Source: an uncultured Planctomycetota bacterium (lineage in GTDB: Bacteria > Planctomycetota > Planctomycetia > Pirellulales > PALSA-1355). From it: a DNA stretch of 64,000 bases. Position numbers and translations under genes: made by a program. Below the pieces are notes generated by a model. It did not search any database and had not been told where the DNA came from. It saw nothing but the letters and a program-made list of their open reading frames with translations. The stretch spans positions 53,235 through 117,234 of the forward strand of contig CAVQEL010000052.1 of assembly GCA_963711515.1 (NCBI GenBank), written 5' to 3'. Positions 41,888 to 51,555 of the stretch are shown in pieces; the stretch's first letter is position 1; the number at the start of each line of letters is the position of its first letter.

Positions 41888-42355
41888 ATGATGATGCTGA
41901 ATCGCTGCTTGTTAACCGGCCTGGCATGCGGAGTGGTGCTGGCATTGGGCCCCGCCGAAAGCGCCCACGCCCGCGTCTTAAAGCGGACGGACGCCGCGCC
42001 GGCGAGCCTGACGAAATCGCTGGGTGGCTGCGCAACTCCGGAGCCGGCTTGCTGTGCTCCGGAGCCGGTTTGCTGCCCGAAACCATGCATTCATTACCGG
42101 CACCGTGGACCGAAGCTGTGCTGTGGCTGCGAACCGTCGCAACCGATCGTGCTGCACGTGAAGGACCCCTGCACCGGATGCGAAACCGACGTGCCGGTTT
42201 GCCTGCCGGCCTGCTGCGAAGGAGAGCCGAAGGTCTGCTGCGGCACCGGCTTTCTGGGACGCGACGTGGTCGAGTACCAGTGGTGTTGCGGGTACAGTGT
42301 CCGCGTTGCCTTCAAGCATTGCGGCGACCTGCTGGTGACGACCTGGGGCCGCTAG
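41888..42355 (+). CDS. Secreted cysteine-rich protein (hypothetical)
   Basis: ATG 41888 follows a GAGAGGAGAA RBS. Signal peptide MMMLNRCLLTGLACGVVLALGPAESAHA. The mature part has more than 20 Cys in CC/CxxC/CxC clusters (ACCAPEPVCCPKPC, LCCGCEP, CTGCE, CLPACCEGEPKVCCG, WCCG). Confidence 0.7.
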   Translation: MMMLNRCLLTGLACGVVLALGPAESAHARVLKRTDAAPASLTKSLGGCATPEPACCAPEPVCCPKPCIHYRHRGPKLCCGCEPSQPIVLHVKDPCTGCETDVPVCLPACCEGEPKVCCGTGFLGRDVVEYQWCCGYSVRVAFKHCGDLLVTTWGR

Positions 42356-42382
42356 CCGTAGCGGCTTATGCAAACAAACAAT

Positions 42383-42421
42383 CGGCCCGGGGGACGAACG
42401 GCGTCTCGCGGGCCGTTTTTC
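42383..42421 (+). terminator. Rho-independent terminator after the Cys-rich protein gene
   Basis: Outer stem CGGCCCG / CGGGCCG (42383-42389 and 42409-42415) with inner GACG/CGTC pairing, followed by TTTTT. Confidence 0.6.
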
Positions 42422-42461
42422 TTAGAGCACCGCGTGGAGCCGCGCCGCGACGGGTCCTATC

Positions 42462-42857
42462 ATGGTGCTGGACCGCCGCCGTCCAGAAAGTCCAGAGGAG
42501 CCCGCCGTGGCTAAGGATACGAGGCGCAAGAAACGCCAGGATCGCCGCAACGAAGGACGCGACGACGAGAGCCGCGGCACCGAGGCGTTGACCGTCGTCT
42601 GGATGATGTCGGTGACCACCACGCTGCTGTGCGGGCTGGCCGCCGCGGTGATCCTATTGGCCGCCGGCAATCATCCGGGCGCCGATCGGCCTCGGCTGTT
42701 CGGGCGGCTGCTGCATTTCAGCGCGTTCGTCTCGGCCATCCTATCGCTTTTGCTGTTGGCGGCCGTGCTCAAATTCCGCCAGCAGCCGCCTCCGCCGATC
42801 ATCACCTGGTCAGCCGTCACGATTGCCTTGCTGACACTCGGCGCGGCCTTTCTTTAG
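42462..42857 (+). CDS. Membrane protein (hypothetical; basic N-terminus plus 3 TM)
   Basis: 131-aa ORF with an Arg/Lys/Asp-rich N-terminal 40 aa followed by three hydrophobic spans. Confidence 0.5.
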   Translation: MVLDRRRPESPEEPAVAKDTRRKKRQDRRNEGRDDESRGTEALTVVWMMSVTTTLLCGLAAAVILLAAGNHPGADRPRLFGRLLHFSAFVSAILSLLLLAAVLKFRQQPPPPIITWSAVTIALLTLGAAFL

Positions 42858-42916
42858 GCCGTTCTTGGCGAGAGGGTCCCCACAGGCGTCAAAGAGTCCA
42901 CAATGGTCGGGGCATC

Positions 42917-44362
42917 TCAGGCCACGTGGCGGTGGTCGGTCGCGTCTGGCTGCGGGGCGTCAACCACCGGCAGGCCGGTGTGCGGCTTTGGCGGACCGTC
43001 GTGAACGTGGGCCGCCGACTCGGGAATTGGCGGCAGCCGCCATCCGAATCGCTGCAAAATGGGCCAGACCAGCGGCGCATTCGCCCAGAACCAGCGACCC
43101 CGAAAGAAGTAACTCAAAAAACACTTGGCGTGCAATTGGGCCACTTGTTCGGTGGTCAGGTTCTGATACTTCAGCACCGGCGTGTAAACCGTGTACTGCG
43201 ACGTGTCGAACGTGGCGATTTGCGACTTGATCAGCTCGTAGAACTCCGTGCCCGGATAGGGCGTCACCACGTTGAAATTGGCGAACGTCGGATTGACAAC
43301 CTTGGCATAGCGCAACACGTTGAGGATCGTTCGCTCGGTGTCCTCGGGAAAGCCGATCATGAAACCGGCCACGGTGCGAATGCCCAGCGAGCGGCACAAG
43401 GCCACGAAGTCGCGCTGCCGGTCGTCGCGGATCGGGGCCCGGCGGTAGCGTCTGAGCGTTTCCTCCGAAGGGGTCTCAATGCCAACGGTGATGCTGGTCA
43501 AACCGACCTCGCGCAGCACCTTGAGCACGTCGGCGCGCAACAGGTCGATGCGGCTTTCGATCGAGAACTGAATCTTGCGTGGCAGCGAACCGATCAGCTC
43601 GGCCAGGCGAAACACCTTTTGCCTGTCGACGCCGAACAGCGGATCGCGAAACTTGAACGACCGAAAACCGTAGATCTCGATACCGGCTCGCATCTCGGCG
43701 GCCACCATCTCCGGCGCCCGCACGCGGGTGGCGTTTTCCAGGATAATGTACGGGCAGTAATTGCACTTGAGCGTGCAGCCGCGGCTTTGTTGCACGTACG
43801 CGGTCGGAAACTGCGAGAAGTCGTAACCGATGCGAAACTTTCGGTAGGCAAACAGCGACCAGTCCGGAAACGGCAGTCCGTCCAGGTCGTCGATTTTGCC
43901 GACGTCGACGGTGCGCGAGGTGCTGGCCAGCACTTCGTCGAGTTTCCACAGCAACTGCTCGGCTTCGCCGCGAACGATCGTCACGTCCAGCCCGGCGAAC
44001 GCTTCGCTCATCGAATAGGCCACGGTGCCGACGACCAGCACGCGACAACCGGGCGAAGCGGCCAGCGCTTCGGCCATGGCCTGCCGCTCGAGCGGCACGG
44101 TGATCAGCGAAGGATTGAATACGTACAGGTCGGCGCCCACGGGCACGCGATCGAGCGAATACTCGACGCTGTGCCCCAGCTTGCGAAAAATCGCGGCCAA
44201 ATTAGCGAAAGTGAGAGCCGCGGGGCGGTAATCGCGCTTGAAGAAATGGCGCACGATCCGCCCGGCCAGCCCGCCTCCGCCGGGAAACTGGCCGACGCCA
44301 TAGCCGCCGGCAAAGTCCTTGGCCACGTCCAGCTTTCGCGTATCCCACAAGACAACGCGCAT
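42917..44362 (-). CDS. B12-binding-like domain radical SAM protein
   Basis: Intact 481-aa ORF. N-terminal Rossmann-like region, radical SAM cluster QQSRGCTLKCNYCPY, and TIM-barrel pattern (SIESRID, ITVGIETPSE, GFMIGFPEDT). Confidence 0.8.
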   Translation of the reverse strand: MRVVLWDTRKLDVAKDFAGGYGVGQFPGGGGLAGRIVRHFFKRDYRPAALTFANLAAIFRKLGHSVEYSLDRVPVGADLYVFNPSLITVPLERQAMAEALAASPGCRVLVVGTVAYSMSEAFAGLDVTIVRGEAEQLLWKLDEVLASTSRTVDVGKIDDLDGLPFPDWSLFAYRKFRIGYDFSQFPTAYVQQSRGCTLKCNYCPYIILENATRVRAPEMVAAEMRAGIEIYGFRSFKFRDPLFGVDRQKVFRLAELIGSLPRKIQFSIESRIDLLRADVLKVLREVGLTSITVGIETPSEETLRRYRRAPIRDDRQRDFVALCRSLGIRTVAGFMIGFPEDTERTILNVLRYAKVVNPTFANFNVVTPYPGTEFYELIKSQIATFDTSQYTVYTPVLKYQNLTTEQVAQLHAKCFLSYFFRGRWFWANAPLVWPILQRFGWRLPPIPESAAHVHDGPPKPHTGLPVVDAPQPDATDHRHVA

Positions 44363-44429
44363 CGGGGGTTCCTTTCCACCGTGCAGGTGTGAGCTGTTCT
44401 AGCGATCTGTTGTTTTCGCCAACACGCGA

Positions 44430-45698
44430 CTAGGCCGCCTTTCGCGCCGCTTCCACCGGCGGGACCGGCACGTCGGGTCGCACGATATTCGTGATCGTGC
44501 CGCCGGGCCGCATGTCATAGCTAATTCCTTTCCACACGATCCGGCGACTCAAGGCGGAACACACCAACCCCAGCCAGCCGACCACGTTCGCCACCGGTCC
44601 CAGCCAACGATCGAACCGCTGCACCGCCCGCAGGTCGCCTTGCCGCGCCGGCAGATAGTAGCGCGATGCGTCGTGCCGCAAGTGAGCACGCCATTGGTGC
44701 AGACCATACAACACGCCGACCGCCAGTGCCGGCTTCCAAGACCAGGCCGCAGCCGTCGCCAGCCCCCAGACCGCTCCCGACAGGCTGCCCCAAAAAGTGG
44801 CCACCATGACGCTGGAACCGAACAGCAGCGCGTACCAGTGCACCACCGCATAGCAACGCCCAATGATGAGCTGCCGCCGAACGAAACTGAACATCTCGCG
44901 CCAATCCGCGTCCAGCGGCGACGGCAATATGCACATCGGCTCGGCGACCACGCGCCGTTGCTCGCGGGCCATCACCCGCGTCGCGATCAGGTCGTCACTG
45001 AGCGTACCCTGCCAATCATCGCGGATCCGGCTGTCGTCGAAGACCTCGCGGGTAATGGCCCACGATCCGCCCCAGATCAAGTGATGTTTGCCGGGAAACA
45101 TGATCGGCACGACCGCGCCGTTGATGCTGGCCAAGACCAGGTTGGCAAATGTCGGATGCTTGGGGATGAAGTAGCGATAGCCGGTCGAAACGGCCGCATT
45201 GTAGAGCCGATTCGTGAGCAATCGCAGCCAGTCGCGCGGCGGTCGCACGTCGGCGTCGACAAACACCAGCTCTTCGATCGACGGCGACAGATTCTCCGTG
45301 GCTACCAACAAGTTGTGCACCTTTTGGCCGGTGCCGGTCGAAATGCCGGCCACGACCAGCCGCGACGGCGTGCCCGGGTACTCCTGCATCAAGCGACGGA
45401 TGGTGCCGGCAGCCGGATCGGCGTCGCTTTCGACGACGAACACGATTTCGTAGTCGGCGTGGTCCTGCTCGAACAGCGGCCGCAAGTTCGCGACCAAATC
45501 ATGGTCCATGCCCTTGCAGGGTACAAACAAGGCCGCGTGCCGTTTGTGGCCGGGCATTGGCCGGTGCCTCGAACGGCTACGAGCATAGCGCCGGTGCTCG
45601 AACGCCTGCCAGGTGAGCAACATCGAGAAGATGGTTGCGCCAGCCACCGCCGCCCAATAGCACGTGGATAACCATTCCATGCGAGTAGCACCTTCCAT
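44430..45698 (-). CDS. Membrane-bound GT2 glycosyltransferase (ceramide glucosyltransferase/HpnI-like)
   Basis: N-terminal TM, then FVPCKGMD..., FVVESDADPA, GQKVHNL, FVDADV (DxD) and GGSWAITRE, plus about 4 C-terminal TM spans. The start is 45698 or 45680. Confidence 0.7.
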   Translation of the reverse strand: MEGATRMEWLSTCYWAAVAGATIFSMLLTWQAFEHRRYARSRSRHRPMPGHKRHAALFVPCKGMDHDLVANLRPLFEQDHADYEIVFVVESDADPAAGTIRRLMQEYPGTPSRLVVAGISTGTGQKVHNLLVATENLSPSIEELVFVDADVRPPRDWLRLLTNRLYNAAVSTGYRYFIPKHPTFANLVLASINGAVVPIMFPGKHHLIWGGSWAITREVFDDSRIRDDWQGTLSDDLIATRVMAREQRRVVAEPMCILPSPLDADWREMFSFVRRQLIIGRCYAVVHWYALLFGSSVMVATFWGSLSGAVWGLATAAAWSWKPALAVGVLYGLHQWRAHLRHDASRYYLPARQGDLRAVQRFDRWLGPVANVVGWLGLVCSALSRRIVWKGISYDMRPGGTITNIVRPDVPVPPVEAARKAA

Positions 45699-45861
45699 GG
45701 CGCAAAGAAACGCTCTCGACGAGGCAAAGACCGGCGCAATCGTTCGTCAAGCGGGCCGAAATAGTATCCAGGCCCGACACAGCGGTCAATGCCTTTGAGG
45801 CAAACAAGAGAAGCTGGCGAGATTGCCTGGCACGGATTTCTGATTTTGTGCCTTGGCGCTC

Positions 45862-46269
45862 TTACGGCTTGTCCGCCACCGGGAATCCGGCTTTCTGCAA
45901 GTCGTTAAACCCACTGGACAGCGGCCGCACGTCATAGCCCAGTTTACCCAGAATATCCGCAGCACTCAGCACCCGTACACCGCTGGCACAGTGGCAATAG
46001 ATGATCCGGTTCTTGGGCAACGCCTTTTCGACCTTCTTACGCGCGTCCGGGTCGCTCTTCACCTGTCGCAGCTCGCTCAAGGGCAGCAACTGAGCCTCCT
46101 CCAGATGCCCGCGTTTCCACTCCCCCGGTTCGCGGACGTCGACGATCACGGCCTTCTTTTCGGCCAGGTTTTCACGCACCTTTTCGAGCGAGTCTTTCGT
46201 ATGCTCGGCCGCCCGAGCGGCAACGGCAAACAGCAGCAGGAACGAGAACCAGCAAAGTCGCATCTTCAT
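45862..46269 (-). CDS. Rhodanese-domain protein, secreted
   Basis: Signal peptide MKMRLCWFSFLLLFAVAARA. Motifs VDVREPGEWKRGHL and active-site loop CHCASGVR. Confidence 0.85.
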   Translation of the reverse strand: MKMRLCWFSFLLLFAVAARAAEHTKDSLEKVRENLAEKKAVIVDVREPGEWKRGHLEEAQLLPLSELRQVKSDPDARKKVEKALPKNRIIYCHCASGVRVLSAADILGKLGYDVRPLSSGFNDLQKAGFPVADKP

Positions 46270-46381
46270 GACAAACTCTCACCGTGGACGAATGGGTTGA
46301 GAAACTTCTGGCAGTCGCTGCCGTCTTATTGTACGGCGAGCGTCACGGTTGCCAAATGCACTAGCTATCGCGCCATGTTGG

Positions 46382-47661
46382 CTACGCGGCCAGTAGAGTC
46401 GGGCGACGGGCCGAACTGACCACGTCGGGCCGCTTGAGCGCCACGGCGGCCAGCGTTCCGCCAAAAGCCACCGACATCTTGAGCGCGCAGACGAACTGGC
46501 TCCTGCGCCCACCAGCGGAATGCAGTCCAGATCGCACTCCGGGTCGGGCCGCGTCAGATTGAGCGTCGGTGGAACGAACCCGTCGCGCATCGCCAGCGCC
46601 GTGATCGCCAGCTCCACGCTGCCGGCGGCGTTGATCAGGTGTCCCAGGATCGACTTGGTGGCGCTGGCGCACAGCGAGTCGGCGGCGCGGCCCATCGCTC
46701 GTCGAATCGCCCGCGCTTCGGCCACGTCGTTTTGCTGCGTGGCCGTACCGTGAACGTTGATGTAGCCGATGTCCTCGGGCCGCAGCCCTGAAACGCGCAG
46801 CGTGTCCGAAATAAGATGCACCAGTGCGTCGCTTTCCACGTCGACGCCCGTCACGTGATGGGCCATCGCCAGCAAGCGCCCGCCGGCCACCTCGGCGTAG
46901 ATCTTCGCGCCGCGGGCCAGCGCGTGGCTAAGCCGCTCGAGCACGAACATCGCGCCCCCTTCGCCCATCACGAATCCCTGGCGATCGAGATTGAACGGCC
47001 GGCAGGCCTGTCGCGGGTCGTCGTGATTCGCGAGCACGCGCATCTGGTGAAAACCAGCGGCAAACAGCGGCGTGATCGCTTCGGCGCTGCCGGCCAGGGC
47101 CAGGTCGCATTGGCCGTCCTCAATCGCCCGCACTGCGGTGAGCACGGCAATCAGTCCGCTGGCGCAAGCCGTTGAATGGCTCAGCCGCGGACCCATCAGG
47201 CCGTGTCGCGTCGCGACCTGCCAGCAGGCCGTATTCGGCAGCCACTGCTCGCGCCACGGGATATGCGTGGGCGGATTCAGATGCGCGCATCCAAACTGTT
47301 CGACCAGCCCGCGCATATCACCCATATGCGCGCTGACCGCGCAGCCAAAGCGATCGGGGTCTATGGTATGACACGAGACTCCGGCGTCGTCCATAGCTTC
47401 GTCGGAGACGCGTTCGCAAAGTGCGAGCACCTTGAGCCGGTCAGGAGCGTCCAATTCAATATCGACCGGTGCGCCGATCAACATTCCATCGGGAATTCCG
47501 GTCAGCCCGGTCAGACGGCGCATGGAGCTTCGTCCTTCGCGCACGGCTTGCCATACGCTTTCGCGATCGGAGCCGGCCGAAGCCAGCAATCCGATGCCGG
47601 TGATCACGACGCGTTCGGAGTCTCGTCGATCGTGGTGCACGCCTGCTCCCGCCGAGGTCAT
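46382..47661 (-). CDS. Beta-ketoacyl-ACP synthase (KAS I/II, FabF-like); apparent frameshift at ~46508
   Basis: Cys-His-His triad contexts STACASG, VHGTAT and KSILGHLINAAG. The C-terminus ..DCIPLVG/RRSQFVCALKMSVAFGGTLAAVAL continues in the frame of ORF 46382-46672. Confidence 0.85.
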
Positions 47662-47919
47662 GCTCGAGCCGCTGATTGGAAGTGTTCATCGCGGCAAGCG
47701 GCTTGGCCACTTCCGCTTTCTTCGCCCACCGCGCGTACGGCGAGGGCCGCGAACTGTACTGGAATTGTTGTCGGCAAGCCAATCGCAAGTTGCCGCCAAC
47801 CGGGGGCCGTCCGCACGGCTCCGCCAGCTAGCGAGGGGCGCGATTCGACGCATGTACTCGCAAATCAGGCCCCCGGCGTGGGTCAGCCAGGCTCGAGGAA
47901 AATTTTTCCGAGCACCTGC

Positions 47920-47947
47920 TTGCAAACAGCTCAAGGGCTGCTACACT
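47920..47947 (+). promoter_or_regulatory. Candidate sigma70-type promoter of mraZ
   Basis: TTGCAA (47920-47925), a 16-nt spacer, then TACACT (47942-47947), about 90 nt upstream of the mraZ ATG. Confidence 0.35.
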
Positions 47948-47953
47948 TTGCCC

Positions 47954-48010
47954 GTGGGAAATTTGCCCAAGGATGGCTAGAAAAACAATATTTCATGGGA
48001 AACCTGCCCA
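47954..48010 (+). promoter_or_regulatory. Two palindromic TGGGAAAnnTGCCCA boxes; candidate MraZ operator
   Basis: GTGGGAAATTTGCCCA (47954-47969) and ATGGGAAACCTGCCCA (47995-48010), 41 bp apart, lie between the putative -10 and the mraZ start. Each box is an imperfect TGGG...CCCA inverted repeat. Confidence 0.4.
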
Positions 48011-48037
48011 CAATTACCTGTTGGAACCCGCCTGGTC

Positions 48038-48523
48038 ATGCCCGCACCGCAGGACTTCATCCTCGGCGAGTTTCCCAGAGCGCTCGACGAACGCCATCGC
48101 TTGTCGATCCCGGCCGAGTTGGCCGATCCGCTGGCACAGGAGGGGAGCGACTGCATCTTGGCCAAGGAGCGGCCCGGTTGTCTCAGCTTGTGGAATGCCG
48201 CACTGTGGCAGGACCGGCTCGACCAGGGAGTCGAACTGGTGCGCAGCAAGATGCGAGCCGGACGGCTTGAAGGCAAGTTGGAGGAAGTGCAGTTACTAGG
48301 GCGATTGCTATCCACCCGCCACAAGACCGTGCAATTGGCCGGTCGCGGGCGGCTTTCCATACCCGAGGGGTTTCGGGAGTTTCTTGGCGTTGAACAAGGA
48401 GGTGAAGTGATCGTGCTGGGGGCCGGCGTGTGCGTTGAGATTTGGAACCCGCGCGCCTGGCTCGTTTATCTCGAAGCACGCATCGGGGACTTTCGCCAGC
48501 TTTTCGATCAGCTTTCCGGCTGA
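48038..48523 (+). CDS. mraZ: Transcriptional regulator MraZ
   Basis: Intact 161-aa ORF with the duplicated SpoVT-AbrB/MraZ pattern (LDERHRLSIPAEL and LAGRGRLSIPEGFREFLG). Confidence 0.85.
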   Translation: MPAPQDFILGEFPRALDERHRLSIPAELADPLAQEGSDCILAKERPGCLSLWNAALWQDRLDQGVELVRSKMRAGRLEGKLEEVQLLGRLLSTRHKTVQLAGRGRLSIPEGFREFLGVEQGGEVIVLGAGVCVEIWNPRAWLVYLEARIGDFRQLFDQLSG

Positions 48524-48725
48524 TCCTGAGAACCTAACGTCCATGCCCGGCAGTTTCGGAAACACTGTGTAGATTTCCTGCCCGTGTCACCCGGTTGGGA
48601 ATGCAAGTCCCAGGGAACGGGCCAATGTTTGGCACGGAAGCCCAAACAAACCGACTGCCGGGCATGGCGTTATTTCTCGCAAGCGACGCGCAGCATCACG
48701 CCGCGCACCTTCCAGGCCCCGCCAG

Positions 48726-50357
48726 CTAAACCCGCTGCACGCCGGTCCCGCGCGACGATAGATGCCGGGCCAAGGCCGCACCCACGAAATTGGCAAATAG
48801 CGGATGCGCCGACGTCGGCTTGCTCTTAAACTCGGGGTGGAACTGCACGGCCACAAACCAGGGGTGCTGCTCCAGTTCGATGATCTCGACCAGCGAGTGG
48901 TCAGGGCTGGTGCCGGAAAACGCCAGACCGTTGGCCTCGAACTGTTGCCGATACTGGTTGTTGAATTCGTAGCGATGCCGGTGTCGCTCGGAAATGATCG
49001 GGCGCCCATAAGCGGCGGCGGCCTTGCTGCCGGACAGCAAATGGGCCGTTTGGGCTCCCAGCCGCATCGTGCCTCCCTTGTCGGTGATCGACTTTTGCTC
49101 GTCCAACAGGCAAATCACGGGGTGCGGCGTGTCTTTGCTGAACTCGGTGGAATGCGCCCCGGCCAGTCCCACCACGTTGCGGGCGAATTCGATCGCCGCG
49201 CATTGCATCCCCAGGCAAATCCCCAAAAACGGTACGCCCCGTTCGCGGGCAAAGCGAATCGCCTCGACCTTGCCTTCGATTCCTCGCTCGCCAAACCCTC
49301 CGGGCACGAGCAATCCGTCGTAACCGGACAGGAGCCGCTCGGGGCCTTCCTGTTCGATCGATTCGCTCTGAATGCGTTGCACGCGCACCTGCGCCCGGTG
49401 GGCGATGCCCGCGTGATCGAGCGCCTCGTAGATCGACTTGTAGGCGTCGCGATGTTCGGCGTACTTCCCCACGACGGCGATCGAAATCTCGTGCACCGGA
49501 TTGCGCAAATTGTGCACCAGGTCGCGCCAGCGGTCGAGCTCCAGCGTTTCGGCCGGCAGGCTCAGCGAGTCGACGATCAGCTCGTCCAGCCGATTGTCGA
49601 CCAGACTGAGCGGCACTTCGTAGATTGAAAAATCCTTGTCCTTCTCCTCGATCACCGCTTCGATCGGCACGTTGCAAAACAGCGCGATCTTCTCGCGATC
49701 CTCGCGCGACAAGCTCCTTTCCGTGCGGCAGATGAGAATGTCGGGCTGGATACCGATCTCCCGCAACTGCCCCACCGAATGCTGCGTGGGCTTGGTTTTC
49801 AACTCGCCGGCCGCCTTCAGATACGGCACCAGCGTCAGGTGAATGTACAGGCAGTTCCGCTTGCCGGCGTCCAGCGAAAACTGGCGGATGGCCTCCAAAA
49901 ACGGCTGGCTTTCAATGTCGCCCACCGTGCCGCCGATCTCGGTGATCACGACGTCCACGTCGTCGTCGGCCAGCTTGCGGATGCAGGACTTGATTTCGTT
50001 GGTGATATGCGGAATGACCTGCACGGTCTTGCCCAGAAATTCGCCCCGCCGCTCCTTATTGATCACCGACTGGTAAATCTGCCCCGTCGTGTAGTTCGAA
50101 TCGCGCGACAACGGGCTGTGCGTAAAGCGCTCGTAGTGCCCCAGGTCCAGGTCGGTCTCGCTGCCGTCGTCCAGCACGTAAACTTCGCCATGCTGGTAGG
50201 GGCTCATCGTCCCCGGGTCGACGTTGATATATGGATCAAGCTTTTGCATCCGCACCCGCAGTCCACGCTGCTCGAGCAGCATGCCAATCGATGCGCTGGT
50301 GAGTCCCTTGCCCAACGAACTGACGACGCCGCCGGTGACGAAAATATGCTTGGTCAT
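48726..50357 (-). CDS. pyrG: CTP synthase
   Basis: ATG 50357 ([18 protein letters not shown]..). Synthetase domain plus glutaminase domain (GICLGMQ, HRHRYE). Intact, 543 aa. Confidence 0.95.
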   Translation of the reverse strand: MTKHIFVTGGVVSSLGKGLTSASIGMLLEQRGLRVRMQKLDPYINVDPGTMSPYQHGEVYVLDDGSETDLDLGHYERFTHSPLSRDSNYTTGQIYQSVINKERRGEFLGKTVQVIPHITNEIKSCIRKLADDDVDVVITEIGGTVGDIESQPFLEAIRQFSLDAGKRNCLYIHLTLVPYLKAAGELKTKPTQHSVGQLREIGIQPDILICRTERSLSREDREKIALFCNVPIEAVIEEKDKDFSIYEVPLSLVDNRLDELIVDSLSLPAETLELDRWRDLVHNLRNPVHEISIAVVGKYAEHRDAYKSIYEALDHAGIAHRAQVRVQRIQSESIEQEGPERLLSGYDGLLVPGGFGERGIEGKVEAIRFARERGVPFLGICLGMQCAAIEFARNVVGLAGAHSTEFSKDTPHPVICLLDEQKSITDKGGTMRLGAQTAHLLSGSKAAAAYGRPIISERHRHRYEFNNQYRQQFEANGLAFSGTSPDHSLVEIIELEQHPWFVAVQFHPEFKSKPTSAHPLFANFVGAALARHLSSRGTGVQRV

Positions 50358-50495
50358 GCAATCTCCATCCTGCTCATGAAATATTGCCCCTACCCAAACG
50401 CGCAAGGCGACACGAAAAAGGGTGGCGGAACGCTCTGAAAAGCCTGCGGAAGGCACACGGGCGGGGCCAGGGTCTCTGATCCCTGGAACCGTATT

Positions 50496-51293
50496 TTACC
50501 GCAGTCGGGCTCGCCTGACAAACGCCCGGTAATCCTCGGGCGTGTCGATGCCCACGGTTCGCTCGCGAACTACGCCCACTCCGATCCCGTAGCCGTTTTC
50601 CAGTACCCGCAGTTGCTCGAGGCTCTCGAGCTTCTCCAGCGGCGTACGGCCGAGATCGGCCAGGCGCAACAGAAAATCGCGCCGGTAGGCATACAGTCCG
50701 ATGTGCAGATGAAACAGCGGCGGTTCGGCCACCAGCAACGTGTCGTTCCACTCGCGCGCGTGCGGAATCGGACTGCGACTGAAATACAACGCCCGGCCGC
50801 GACCGTCGAACACGACTTTGACACAAGAAGGATCCTCGAGCACGGCGCGCTCGCGAATCGGCGTGGCCAGTGTGGCCATCACCAGGTCGGGGTCGGCCTC
50901 GAGCATCGCGATCACCAGGTCGATCGACGAACCAGGCAGCTCCGGCTCGTCTCCCTGAACGTTCACCAGAATGTCAACGTCGTGCAGTTGCCGGGCCACC
51001 TCGGCTACGCGGTCGGTGCCGCTGGCACATGCCGGGCTAGTCATCCGCACTTCGCCGCCGAACGCCCGGACGGCCGCGGCCACTTCCTCGTGATCCGCGG
51101 CCACGAGCAGGCCCGAGGGCTTCGCCGCTCCCGCGGCCGCCTCGTAGGTGTGCTGCAACAGGGGCTTGCCGGTTTCGGCCAATAGCAGCTTGCGGGGAAG
51201 TCGCGTCGAGGCCAACCGGGCCGGTATGACGACGTAACTCGTCGCGTGGACGCGTAACCGAGGAACTGCTGGCAACATCCCCTCGTCCCCCAA
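50496..51293 (-). CDS. kdsB: 3-deoxy-manno-octulosonate cytidylyltransferase (start 51293 or 51278)
   Basis: Motifs VIPARLASTRLPRK, NVQGDEP, YFSRSPIP, HIGLYAYR and LEQLRVLENG. Confidence 0.9.
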   Translation of the reverse strand: MGDEGMLPAVPRLRVHATSYVVIPARLASTRLPRKLLLAETGKPLLQHTYEAAAGAAKPSGLLVAADHEEVAAAVRAFGGEVRMTSPACASGTDRVAEVARQLHDVDILVNVQGDEPELPGSSIDLVIAMLEADPDLVMATLATPIRERAVLEDPSCVKVVFDGRGRALYFSRSPIPHAREWNDTLLVAEPPLFHLHIGLYAYRRDFLLRLADLGRTPLEKLESLEQLRVLENGYGIGVGVVRERTVGIDTPEDYRAFVRRARLR

Positions 51294-51555
51294 AGCGAGA
51301 ACCCGTGGAAATCCGCTGACATAGCTTGTAGCGGAAGGGTCGGCGATTCCCCAAGACCGGTTTCTTGCCGCCGGGAGCCCCTCATCGGGACACCGAGGGG
51401 TCGGAATCGACGGGCTTTGGCGATGGTTGTGGTAGCATGGCCGACGGTTGCGTATGCTAACCTTGGTGGGACCTTGCGCCGAAGCCCGGCGGACAATCCG
51501 GCGGCGGCGGTTCGTCCTGCCTCAACCCTCTTGGCCTTTGGGAGTTCTGAACTTC

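Noticed and set aside
51294-51555. Possible glmS ribozyme in the glmS leader
   Set aside because: I see no conserved glmS ribozyme core or pseudoknot pattern by eye. The ribozyme is known mainly from Firmicutes and a few other lineages. It would need cmsearch with RF00234 to exclude formally.
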